This document shows, piece by piece, positions 26,946 to 35,300 of a stretch of 64,000 bases of DNA (the first letter of the stretch is position 1; the number at the start of each line of letters is the position of its first letter). The DNA is from Thermodesulfobacteriota bacterium (GTDB taxonomy: Bacteria; Desulfobacterota_D; UBA1144; Nemesobacterales; Mycalebacteriaceae): assembly GCA_965226585.1 (NCBI GenBank), contig OZ245366.1, positions 487,423 through 551,422 of the forward strand, given 5' to 3'. The notes under the pieces were generated by a model. It did not search any database, was not told where the DNA came from, and was given only the letters and a program-made list of their open reading frames with translations. Both the position numbers and the translations under genes were made by a program.

Positions 26946-28037
26946 TCACCCCATCTCATACCCCGTACTCCTTCCGCCTTCTTTGCTTTTCTTTAATATC
27001 TTCAACTCAATCAGCGCGTTAATATCCCTTTGCGCGGTGTCTTGGGAGCATTTTCCCATCTTTGCCCACTTTGACGAAGTGAGTTTGCCCTTGAAGTTTC
27101 CGTCCAGAAGCAAGTTCAAAATCTTTGTCTGCCTGCTGTTGAAAGGCACCTCAGCGTATTCCTCCCAAAAACGCGCCTTATGCAGGATTGCCGACAGCAT
27201 TTTGTCGGAACCCGCTATGGAACGTTTGAGACAACCCAGAAACCAACTCAGCCATTTTGTAATATCAACTCCGCTGTTTTGCGTTTCCTCAAGCTGTCTG
27301 TAGTAGTCCTGCCTCTCTTCCATTATCTGCGTGGACATACTGTAAAAACGTTGCGATGTTTCCTCGGAACGGGCAAGAGCCATCTCCGCTATCGCCCTTG
27401 TTGTGCGCCCGTTCCCGTCATCAAACGGGTGGATAATTACAAACCACAGGTGAGCAACCGCCGCTTTAATCACCGGATCCATTGAAGACGGCGAGTTAAA
27501 CCACGAAAGAAAATCATCCATCTCCTTCGGAACCCGCTCTGCGGGCGGAGCAACAAAATGAACCCTCATCCTTCCCTCGCGCCCCGATACAACCTGAACT
27601 CCGTGAGTACGCCACTTTCCGGTTGTTATCTTGTGAAAACCACTGCGCCCGTCCGGGAAAAGAGAAGCGTGCCAGCCGAAAAGCCGCTTTTTTGTGAGCG
27701 TTTTGTCAAAATTTGTTGTGGCGTCAATCAGTATCTCCACTATGCCGTCCACCTCACGCCCGTACGGTTTGCCCTCATACGTATCTATTCCCAAACGCCG
27801 CGCAACGGATGAACGAACCTCCTCAACATCAAGAAACTCCCCCTCAATTTCACTGGTTTTGATAATCTCTCCCGACAGAGTCCGGAAAGCGGCGTCACGC
27901 CTCAGATTAAAACCGAGACCGCTCATGCGTCCCAGCAAAAGCCCCTGCGTGCGGTGAACCTCCGCCAAAAGAGCAGACAACTCGCCGTCATCCCACTTCA
28001 AAAGGGGCCAACCCTTTTCTTCCCATAAATACGGCAT
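26946..28037 (-). CDS. Fic family protein (DUF4172-type N-terminus, C-terminal winged-helix domain)
   Basis: It carries the Fic motif HPFDDGNGR and an inhibitory-type motif TSEIEGE, with a C-terminal wHTH (KILNLL...SSKWAKMGKCSQDTAQRDINAL). I placed the start at MPYLWEE (ATG at 28037, RBS AGAGG). The 14-codon extension in the ORF track overlaps the operator-like repeats. Confidence 0.85.
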   Translation of the reverse strand: MPYLWEEKGWPLLKWDDGELSALLAEVHRTQGLLLGRMSGLGFNLRRDAAFRTLSGEIIKTSEIEGEFLDVEEVRSSVARRLGIDTYEGKPYGREVDGIVEILIDATTNFDKTLTKKRLFGWHASLFPDGRSGFHKITTGKWRTHGVQVVSGREGRMRVHFVAPPAERVPKEMDDFLSWFNSPSSMDPVIKAAVAHLWFVIIHPFDDGNGRTTRAIAEMALARSEETSQRFYSMSTQIMEERQDYYRQLEETQNSGVDITKWLSWFLGCLKRSIAGSDKMLSAILHKARFWEEYAEVPFNSRQTKILNLLLDGNFKGKLTSSKWAKMGKCSQDTAQRDINALIELKILKKSKEGGRSTGYEMG

Positions 28038-28046
28038 ATTGTGAAC

Positions 28047-28212
28047 CTCTGCGGAGATTAATGTTGCTATTCTCCGCATATTTTGCGGAGAATATAGCCC
28101 GCATTCACCGCAAAATCAACCTTAATCTCCGCACATTCTGCGGAGATTAGCAATTTCTATGACTCATAATTTGGGGGTTTTATGAGTCATAGAACAGTTT
28201 CCTATGACTCAT
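28047..28212. promoter_or_regulatory. Cluster of three perfect palindromes plus half-sites in the Fic 5' region
   Basis: The first palindrome is ATTCTCCGCA-tattt-TGCGGAGAAT (28069-28093). The second is TAATCTCCGCA-cattc-TGCGGAGATTA (28123-28149), with a half-site TGCGGAGATTA (28050-28060) overlapping the Fic RBS. The third is CTATGACTCATAA-N10-TTATGAGTCATAG (28157-28192), with a third CTATGACTCAT copy at 28202-28212. Confidence 0.55.
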
Positions 28213-28834
28213 CATTAAAAAACCCCGCCAGTTTTCGCGCCGCAGTTTCGGGGTCTTTCTCCCCAAATATTGCCGTGATGACGGCTATTCCGTCCACTCC
28301 GGTTTTCAGCACATCGGCGGCGTTTTCGGGGGTTATTCCGCCAATCGCGAAAACGGGGATGGTCAGTTTCGCTTTTGCCTCGCGCAAAACCTCAAACGGG
28401 GTCGGTTTTCTGCCGGGCTTTGTGGGAGTGAAATACGGAGTTCCAAAAGCCGCGTAATCCGCCCCCGCTTTTTCGGCGGCAACCGCCCTTTCAATATCCC
28501 CGTAGCATGAAACGCCTATAATCGCCCCGCCGCCAAGCAGTTCTCTCGCCTCACAAACGGTTTTGTCTCCGCCGCCGAGATGAACCCCGTCCGCGCCCGC
28601 CTTTTTCGCAATCTCAGGGCTGTCATTGATTATGAACGGAACTCCGTATCTCCGCGCAATCGCGGCAAGGGCTTTTCCCTTTCCGGCTGTCTCATCTGCG
28701 CTTGAGTTTTTATCGCGCAGTTGAACAACCCTCGCCCCGCCTTTTATCGCGGCTTCAACGGAGCGGGCAAAACCGCCTTCCGGAATCAGCTTTTCATCCG
28801 TAATTGCGTAGAGTCCGCGCAGGGAAAAGTTCAT
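28202..28834 (-). CDS. thiE: Thiamine-phosphate synthase
   Basis: It shows a TMP-TENI fold (GLYAITDE...VVQLRDK...VHLGGGD...IGVSCY...IAIGGI). Confidence 0.85.
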   Translation of the reverse strand: MNFSLRGLYAITDEKLIPEGGFARSVEAAIKGGARVVQLRDKNSSADETAGKGKALAAIARRYGVPFIINDSPEIAKKAGADGVHLGGGDKTVCEARELLGGGAIIGVSCYGDIERAVAAEKAGADYAAFGTPYFTPTKPGRKPTPFEVLREAKAKLTIPVFAIGGITPENAADVLKTGVDGIAVITAIFGEKDPETAARKLAGFFNDES

Positions 28835-28843
28835 CGCGGTTTT

Positions 28844-30238
28844 TCAGTTTCCTTCAATGTGTTTGAAAATTGCGTCTTTCACAACGTCATAACTGTTGGG
28901 CAGTTCCAGAGGCTGATTGCGGAACGTTTTGTTCGCGCCCTTTATCTTCCCCTCGTGATACCCGATTTTGAACTCAACAAACTTCAGCCCGTGCGCCGTG
29001 GAGATAATCACCACCTTGTCTTTCTTTTTGAAAGTTCCCCGCGCCTGAAGTTTAAGGAAAACGGCAAGTGCCACACCCGTGTGCGGGCAGTTGAATGTGC
29101 CGGTTTTATCCGCCATCGCAGAAGCGTCTGACAGCTCTTTTTCAGATGCCTGCTCCACAATTCCGTCAAACTCCCGCAAGGTTTTTATCGCCTTGTTCAC
29201 GCTCACCGGGTTTCCAATCTGAATCGCGTTGGCAAGCGTTTTCTTTGCCTTCACGGGCTTGAACTCTTTGAATCCTTTTTTGTAACTCAAGTAAAGCGGG
29301 TTGGCGTTTTGAGACTGCGCGCAAACGATGCGGGGCAGTTTTTTTATCAGCCCCAAGTCGCGCATAAGCAGAAATCCCTTTCCCAGCGCGGACACATTTC
29401 CGAGGTTTCCGCCCGGAATTATAATCCAGTCCGGCACGTCCCATTTGAACTGCTGGCAAAGCTCAATGCTGATGGTTTTCTGCCCTTCAATCCGCAAAGA
29501 GTTTATGGAGTTCGCCAGATATATGTTGTTTTCCTGCGTAACTTTCTGAACCATTTTCATACAGCCGTCAAAATCGGTATCAAGAGAAAGCACCATCGCG
29601 CCGTTTGAAATTGGCTGAACAAGTTGAGCGAGAGAAACCTTTCCTCTCGGCAGAAACACAATCGCCGGAATATCAGCCGCCGCGCAATAAGCCGCCAGAG
29701 CGGCGGAGGTGTCTCCCGTTGAGGCGCAGGCGACCGCCGGAATGTCGCGGTTTTTTTTGCGCATATGCTGAACAACGGAAACAAGAACCGTCATTCCGAG
29801 GTCTTTGAAAGAGCCCGTGTGGCTGTTTCCGCACATCTTTATCCAGATGTCATTCATTCCCACCTGTTTGCCGAACCTCTCCGCCCAGAACAGATTTGTT
29901 GAGCCCTCATACATTGAGACGATGTCTTCATCCTTCACCACCGGGCAGACCCATTCTTTTTTGCCCCACACCGAACTGCCGAAGGGCCATGACTGATTTT
30001 TGTAGCGTTCGTCAAAGATGTTTTTCCACTCTTGCGGAGGCGTTTGGGCAAGCAGTTCCCTGTCGTGCGTTACTTCAAGCAGTTCGCCGCATTCACCGCA
30101 ACGGTAGATAACTTCGTCAATTTCGTAGGTTTTGCCGCATTCGGGGTTGATGCAACTGAGCCATGCCCTGTAGACGGGTTTTTTTCCGGAGAGCTTTTTT
30201 TTGCGGGTGCTTCGGGAACCCGGAGAGGTGTTGGGCAT
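28844..30238 (-). CDS. thrC: Threonine synthase (long form with N-terminal zinc ribbon)
   Basis: It has a PLP-lysine motif (HTGSFKDLGM) and a fold-type II PLP enzyme layout. The N-terminus carries CxxC...CxxC. Confidence 0.8.
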   Translation of the reverse strand: MPNTSPGSRSTRKKKLSGKKPVYRAWLSCINPECGKTYEIDEVIYRCGECGELLEVTHDRELLAQTPPQEWKNIFDERYKNQSWPFGSSVWGKKEWVCPVVKDEDIVSMYEGSTNLFWAERFGKQVGMNDIWIKMCGNSHTGSFKDLGMTVLVSVVQHMRKKNRDIPAVACASTGDTSAALAAYCAAADIPAIVFLPRGKVSLAQLVQPISNGAMVLSLDTDFDGCMKMVQKVTQENNIYLANSINSLRIEGQKTISIELCQQFKWDVPDWIIIPGGNLGNVSALGKGFLLMRDLGLIKKLPRIVCAQSQNANPLYLSYKKGFKEFKPVKAKKTLANAIQIGNPVSVNKAIKTLREFDGIVEQASEKELSDASAMADKTGTFNCPHTGVALAVFLKLQARGTFKKKDKVVIISTAHGLKFVEFKIGYHEGKIKGANKTFRNQPLELPNSYDVVKDAIFKHIEGN

Positions 30239-30288
30239 AGCGAAAAATACCGCACGAAACGGGCGGGTGTCAATCTCTGGGCGCGGAT

Positions 30289-32691
30289 TTAGAACAGATA
30301 CTTCAGGCGCAAGCCAATCCTTCTCGGCTCCGTAACGGTTCTGGCGTATATGCGGATGGAAAAGCCGTCTCTGAGGCTGAATAATGGGTCGTTCAGAAGT
30401 GGCACGCCGTTCACGGCGCTGGTTGCCGAGTATTTGTTGAACAGGTTTTCCGCGAATGCGGAGAGCTTCATCCGTCCGACTGAAACCGAAGCCGAAAGGT
30501 TGTGAACCCCGTAGCCGCCGAATTTGTCGCGGTAGTTCCCGTGCCCTCTGAAGAATTTGGATGTGCGCGAGTATCCGTAGAGAAAGTCCACGGGCGCGCC
30601 CGCCAGAGCGGTTTTGTAGAGCGCGAGCAAACTTGCCGTGTGCTCCGGCGCGTACGGGATTACCTCGTTATGCCCGTCTTCGGTATTCAGATAGCTCCAC
30701 GAGCCGCGAATCTCCGCCTCTTCAAACGGCTTCAACACAAGCGAGAATTCCAGACCGGCGGTTTCGGCTTCCCCCTCATTAACGGTGATTGCCTCGCCGC
30801 TTCCGGTGGATGCGGCAATCGTCTGAATGTCTTTCCATTGCGCGCTGAAAACCGCCGCGTCCGCTTCCACCGCGCCGCCAAGCCATGAGCCGCGAAACCC
30901 GATTTCGTAATTTGCCACGCTGTCCGGCATGAAGCTCACCTCATTCGGCTGAAGGCAACTTGCCTGCACGGTTTCGCCTTCCCCGGCGCCGAGATGCTGA
31001 CTGCAGACCGGAAGCCGGTTGCGCCCGCCCAGCCGGTAGCCGCCCGCCCGCGTGAAATACGCGAAAAAGTTTTCCCGCATTTTCATCTCCATTTTCACGC
31101 TGTAGACCGCGCCGCTGTCTTCACTGCCGAATTTTGAGTAGGGCGAGTCGTGCTCTCCGGTCCCGCCGTTTTCTCCGGGCGTGAACGGAAAGCGGGTGAA
31201 CCCTTCAACCGTTCCCTCATACGAATACCACCGCCCGCCCGCGCTGATTTTCAGCCACCGGTCGAAAAGCGAGCGCGAAACCTCGCCGAACACGGCTTTT
31301 TCCGTATTCCGGTTGCGCTCTTCCGTTTCATATTCAAGCGTTTTGTCTGCGGCGTCAAAATCCGCAAGATTGAAAAAATCCACAAGTCCGGGCGTGAACT
31401 CCTTTTGCGCGTCCGTATCGTCATTCTCCTCATAGAAAAGCCCCGCCGCAAATCTCCACTTGCCAATGTCATCTGACTCGGCGCGTATTTCAAAGCGCGT
31501 GTTTTCAATCTCAAAGTTGTCAACCGTAAGGGCGGAAAACTCCCGGAAACAGAAAGCGGCGGCGGTGGCGGGGTTACCGCACACACTCAAATCCGGCTGT
31601 CCGTTTTCGAGATAGGGCGAATAGTCGGCGTCATTTTCGTCTGCGTAGGGCGCAACCGTGCCGTGGGGCAGTAAGCCGCCGATGCCGAGCCACAGGAGCA
31701 GAAAATCCGTCTGGTCGCGCCAGCCCTCATACGAAAACTTTGAGTGTCCCGCCACGCCGGTGAACAGAACGGGACCTTTTTTCCATTTGAGGTTCGCGCT
31801 CCATATTTCGTTTTCAGAGTCGCCGGGTTCAAGGTAGCGGAATGCGGATTCATATTTTCCGGTGTTAAAATCGGAGATTGTGTGGTTTGCCCGCCGCGCG
31901 CCGGATTCCTGTTTTTGTCTGTCGTATGACACGGCTGCCTCAATGTCTTCTGTCAACCGCCAGAGCAGTGAAAGGCGCGAGTACAGGGCTTTCTCATCAT
32001 CCGCGTCTTTTTTCCTGCGCAGGTTGTCCGCCCGTGCGCTTTCGCCAAAATCCCTTGGGTCTGGCAGGGAAACTCCCGGTTCCCGCAGAAGGTAGTTGTA
32101 GTCAATAAATCCCGGCTCTCCGCTCCGCCGCACCGCGCCGCGAAAGGCAAGGCGGTTTTTCAAAACGGGCAGGTTGACGATTGCGTCCGCTTCGTAGCCG
32201 TATCCGCCGCTCTTACTGCGAACATCTCCGCCCGCGCGGACGGACAGAGAAAATTTATCGGTATCCGGCTTGCGGGGAATGTAATGCACCACGCCGCTCA
32301 TAATGCCGGAGCCGTGCGCGACTCCCTGAGGTCCCTTAACGATTTCAACGCGTTCAAGGTCAAGCAGTTTCGGGTCTATGCCGATAACCGGAAGTTCGCC
32401 GAGAAAGGCGGCGGAATGCGAGAAGCCGCGTATCAGCCGCAGGTTTTCTTCCCGTCCGCCCGTGTCAAAAACTGAAAACCCCGCAACCCACGGCGACAAG
32501 TCCGAGATGTTGTCCGCGCCGAGCCGGTCAATTAAATCGCCGTCAATCAGAGTTACGGCGAAAGGTGTTTCAAAGAAGTTTTCCGTGTGCCATGTTTCCC
32601 TTGAGTAACCCGGCTCTGCGGTAAGGAGCAGGGCAAGGGAGACAAACAAGAAGTGGGTAAAAATGAGAGTTCTCGTCATGATGTGCTTCAC
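30289..32691 (-). CDS. TonB-dependent outer-membrane receptor
   Basis: It has a signal peptide, an N-terminal plug, a long beta-barrel of about 800 aa and a C-terminal aromatic (LRLKYLF). The substrate is unknown. Confidence 0.85.
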   Translation of the reverse strand: MKHIMTRTLIFTHFLFVSLALLLTAEPGYSRETWHTENFFETPFAVTLIDGDLIDRLGADNISDLSPWVAGFSVFDTGGREENLRLIRGFSHSAAFLGELPVIGIDPKLLDLERVEIVKGPQGVAHGSGIMSGVVHYIPRKPDTDKFSLSVRAGGDVRSKSGGYGYEADAIVNLPVLKNRLAFRGAVRRSGEPGFIDYNYLLREPGVSLPDPRDFGESARADNLRRKKDADDEKALYSRLSLLWRLTEDIEAAVSYDRQKQESGARRANHTISDFNTGKYESAFRYLEPGDSENEIWSANLKWKKGPVLFTGVAGHSKFSYEGWRDQTDFLLLWLGIGGLLPHGTVAPYADENDADYSPYLENGQPDLSVCGNPATAAAFCFREFSALTVDNFEIENTRFEIRAESDDIGKWRFAAGLFYEENDDTDAQKEFTPGLVDFFNLADFDAADKTLEYETEERNRNTEKAVFGEVSRSLFDRWLKISAGGRWYSYEGTVEGFTRFPFTPGENGGTGEHDSPYSKFGSEDSGAVYSVKMEMKMRENFFAYFTRAGGYRLGGRNRLPVCSQHLGAGEGETVQASCLQPNEVSFMPDSVANYEIGFRGSWLGGAVEADAAVFSAQWKDIQTIAASTGSGEAITVNEGEAETAGLEFSLVLKPFEEAEIRGSWSYLNTEDGHNEVIPYAPEHTASLLALYKTALAGAPVDFLYGYSRTSKFFRGHGNYRDKFGGYGVHNLSASVSVGRMKLSAFAENLFNKYSATSAVNGVPLLNDPLFSLRDGFSIRIYARTVTEPRRIGLRLKYLF

Positions 32692-32728
32692 CGGGGCAAT
32701 TTATACGACTTCTTCCCCGCCGTAAATC

Positions 32729-32757
32729 TTGACACAAAACGGCTTTTGAAACACAAT
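32729..32757 (+). promoter_or_regulatory. Sigma70-like promoter for tRNA-Val
   Basis: TTGACA (32729-32734), a 17-nt spacer and CACAAT (32752-32757). The tRNA 5' end is at 32772. Confidence 0.4.
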
Positions 32758-32771
32758 AGGCGGGCTTAAAA

Positions 32772-32843
32772 GAGCGCGTAGCTCAGCGGGAGAGCGCTTG
32801 CCCGACACGCAAGAGGTCGCTGGTTCGATCCCAGCCGCGCTCA
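32772..32843 (+). tRNA. tRNA-Val (anticodon GAC inferred); no CCA encoded
   Basis: It folds as GAGCGCG-TA-GCTC-AGCGGGA-GAGC-G-CTTGC-CCGACAC-GCAAG-AGGTC-GCTGG-TTCGATC-CCAGC-CGCGCTC-A. The loop CCGACAC gives GAC at positions 34-36, but position 33 is C instead of the near-universal U. Confidence 0.75.
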
Positions 32844-33280
32844 TGGAGGGAAATCTATTGCTAAAGGATTACCAAGAAAGGACAGATTTTGGGTACATAT
32901 TTCCCGCCAAGAGAAAGGACGGAAGTATGATTATGCTTGTCAGATTTGGAAGACATGATGGGAAGGGGTATGACTTTGAGCTACATTGTATATCTGCCGA
33001 ACACCACAAGGAATGGTTAAAATTAGGACACGCACCATCAGACATTAAGACTGTTAGGCAACACGTCAGTGTTAGTCCACATTGGGAGGACAGCAGTAAG
33101 TGGGTAGTAACTGATGTATCTGCGGATTACGACCAAAAAATTGTAGACTCAAGGGAAGATGCTTTTGCTGAGGCAATTCGTGCAATGACGGAAGATGATG
33201 ACCCTATAAGGGAAAAGATTCCCGATGTTAATCACAGTATTAAATGGTGGATGGATGAAACCGCAAAGTTTGATTGGTGA
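32843..33280 (+). CDS. Hypothetical protein P1 (island cargo)
   Basis: This AT-rich ORF begins at the last nt of the tRNA (MEGNLLLKDYQ...). An alternative start is MIMLVRF at 32927. No recognisable domain was found. Confidence 0.4.
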   Translation: MEGNLLLKDYQERTDFGYIFPAKRKDGSMIMLVRFGRHDGKGYDFELHCISAEHHKEWLKLGHAPSDIKTVRQHVSVSPHWEDSSKWVVTDVSADYDQKIVDSREDAFAEAIRAMTEDDDPIREKIPDVNHSIKWWMDETAKFDW

Positions 33281-33282
33281 AA

Positions 33283-33948
33283 ATGAACTCAGATCTTATA
33301 GAAGTCATCACAACTTACGCTACCAAGTCTCACGGAGACCTGAATGCCTTGTTATCTGGAAAGTCAAAAGACAACATCACTTCTATTCTTGTTGACCTTC
33401 TCACCACTTACTACAATGACAAAAACTCATCAACTTTAAGAGAGTTTGTTCTGGTGTCCCTGAGTGGTTTTGAACAGAACCTCGGTAAAATCGGCTATAA
33501 CGGTTACAAGCATGAGAGTATTGGTAGCAAGACAAAATATTGCGAAGCGAAACCCAAGAATGTCAACACAAACGATCCGAAGCCAAAGAAGCTGAATGGC
33601 GGGGGAAACTTTACGGACTACACTTGGGCGAGACTGGAAAAAGATAAGTCGTCTAACCCAACAATGCTTGTTGGGGGCTTTATAGACGGACGCCTGATTT
33701 ACATATTCAAGTTTCCTTTCAATTCAAAGGATTTTGTTGATAGGCTGGAGCACCAGTTAAAAAACAAGTTTCCTGACGGAGACGTAAGTGGATACTTTCT
33801 CAGAAGTGCTTCTTTTGGCTTAAAACACTACAAAAGTATTGCTAATTTGGATGTTGAAGTTTTTGTAAAAGAGCAAGATTTACCTAAATATGAAAACAGC
33901 ATTACAAAAGGGTTATACTCTTTCATAGAGGAGTCCTTTACCGAATAA
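33283..33948 (+). CDS. Hypothetical protein P2, possible restriction endonuclease partner of the downstream methyltransferase
   Basis: Its start is 2 nt after the P1 stop, and its stop overlaps the MTase ATG (TAATG). It is AT-rich. A possible PD-(D/E)xK-like segment GYKHESIGSKTKYCEAK is present. There is no secure domain call. Confidence 0.4.
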   Translation: MNSDLIEVITTYATKSHGDLNALLSGKSKDNITSILVDLLTTYYNDKNSSTLREFVLVSLSGFEQNLGKIGYNGYKHESIGSKTKYCEAKPKNVNTNDPKPKKLNGGGNFTDYTWARLEKDKSSNPTMLVGGFIDGRLIYIFKFPFNSKDFVDRLEHQLKNKFPDGDVSGYFLRSASFGLKHYKSIANLDVEVFVKEQDLPKYENSITKGLYSFIEESFTE

Positions 33949-34829
33949 TGGAACTCAAGCCTGAACAGTACAGAAACAAACTTATATGTGGTGATACTTT
34001 CGAGGCTTTGCGGTCAATCCCAAACGGTGTTGTAGATGTTGGTGTAACCTCTCCTCCATATAACAAGAAAGAAAAAAACAAGGGCTGGTTGGTAAAGAAT
34101 GTTGTCTACTCTGAATACAAGGACAAAGTTCCTGAAAACAAGTATCAGGCAAATCAAGTTGCTGTTTTGAACGAAATCCACCGTATAACCAAAAGCGATG
34201 GGTCTTTTTTCTATAATCACAAAATCAGGTGGGAAGATGGAGAGATGTTTCACCCTATGGATTGGTTGAGAAAGACCGATTGGGTTGTTAAGCAAGAAAT
34301 CATCTGGGATAGGACTATCGCCGCGAATATAAGAGGGTGGAGATATTGGCAAGTTGAGGAGAGGATTTACTGGCTTTACAAGCCGATTGGTACAAACAAG
34401 AAAGGGAGAGAGCTGGCATCAAAGGATGCAAAGTTAACCTCAGTGTGGCGAGCAGTTCCTGAAAACAACAATCCTCATCCCGCTCCTTTTCCCCTTTGGC
34501 TTCCGGCAAGGATCATCATTTCACTTTTAGAAGGTAAAAAAAGCGGTCTTGTTTTAGACCCGTATGTTGGTAGTGGCACAACTGCGGTTGCCGCAAAATT
34601 GCTCGGCTTTGATTATCTGGGTGTGGATATTGGAGAGGAGTACATTGACTACGCTGAAGAACGTCTTGCAAATGCTGAAAGAGAAAGAAGCAAGATTATG
34701 GGTGAGCAGAGCCTTCATAAAGTCCACAAGACCTTTAAGTCCAGAAAAGAAAGGGGAGAAAATACTGGCAAATATCGTAAAGAGGAAGAATCTAACAAGC
34801 CTCTAACACTCTTTGAGCATAGGAAATAG
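33948..34829 (+). CDS. DNA methyltransferase, beta-class (SPPY motif; N4-cytosine or N6-adenine)
   Basis: VGVTSPPYN comes first, then a C-terminal SAM motif LDPYVGSGTTAVAA. Its size and layout match beta-class amino-MTases. Confidence 0.85.
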   Translation: MELKPEQYRNKLICGDTFEALRSIPNGVVDVGVTSPPYNKKEKNKGWLVKNVVYSEYKDKVPENKYQANQVAVLNEIHRITKSDGSFFYNHKIRWEDGEMFHPMDWLRKTDWVVKQEIIWDRTIAANIRGWRYWQVEERIYWLYKPIGTNKKGRELASKDAKLTSVWRAVPENNNPHPAPFPLWLPARIIISLLEGKKSGLVLDPYVGSGTTAVAAKLLGFDYLGVDIGEEYIDYAEERLANAERERSKIMGEQSLHKVHKTFKSRKERGENTGKYRKEEESNKPLTLFEHRK

Positions 34830-34880
34830 TGCGCTAAGTAAGGGTAATTTGCTAGGGTGGTTTTTATTTTGAGTTTGAAT

Positions 34881-35285
34881 ATGGAAGACAAAGTCCAGAA
34901 AGATTATGATTACAGGCAGGGACTTATTTCCACAGAAACCAGTCTCAGACATTCTTATGACAAATTAGTAGTTGCCATTGCAACGGGTACGGTTTGGATA
35001 AGTGTTTTCTTTGTTGATGGTAGGGAGATGATAGTCTCAGAAAGGTTTATCTTCTGGGGCTGGTTTTTTTCAATTCTTTCCATAGTTTCCGTGTTGTTCT
35101 CAGTCTATTTAGGTATCAAAGCACACAGAAAAGCAGTTGAGCAAAGGGATAAAAACCCTAGCCAGACACACAGGCTAGGTGGAAATTTTTCGCTTTTGTC
35201 GAGCTATTTTCACAACTCTGCCTTAGCCTTTTTGATTGTCGGTATGTGTTTTATATGTGCATTTGTCTTTTTTAATATAAGGTAG
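34881..35285 (+). CDS. Small membrane protein (3 predicted TM), unknown function
   Basis: Hydrophobic segments VVAIATGTVWISVFFV, FIFWGWFFSILSIVSVLFSVYL and LAFLIVGMCFICAFVFF. It is AT-rich. I placed the start at MEDKVQ. Confidence 0.4.
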   Translation: MEDKVQKDYDYRQGLISTETSLRHSYDKLVVAIATGTVWISVFFVDGREMIVSERFIFWGWFFSILSIVSVLFSVYLGIKAHRKAVEQRDKNPSQTHRLGGNFSLLSSYFHNSALAFLIVGMCFICAFVFFNIR

Positions 35286-35300
35286 TACAATTCGGGTGGC

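Noticed and set aside
28157-28192. Rho-independent terminator downstream of thiE
   Set aside because: The 13-bp perfect stem is not followed by a U-tract on either strand, and the same dyad half-site recurs at 28202-28212. A protein-binding palindrome fits better.
28047-28212. A CRISPR-like array, considered because of the repeated TGCGGAGA/TCTCCGCA units
   Set aside because: The units are inverted, not direct, and are irregularly spaced (5-bp dyad spacers and 30-bp gaps). There are only about five half-sites and no cas genes, so an operator cluster fits better.
28182-28457. A 91-aa plus-strand ORF starting in the palindrome region
   Set aside because: It runs antisense into thiE, and its start codon lies inside the CTATGACTCAT dyad. 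It is most likely spurious.
32692-32771. TPP riboswitch upstream of the TonB-receptor-thrC-thiE gene string
   Set aside because: The 80-nt leader shows only promoter-like elements. I could not find the conserved CUGAGA or the pyrimidine-sensing helix motifs of THI-box RNAs.
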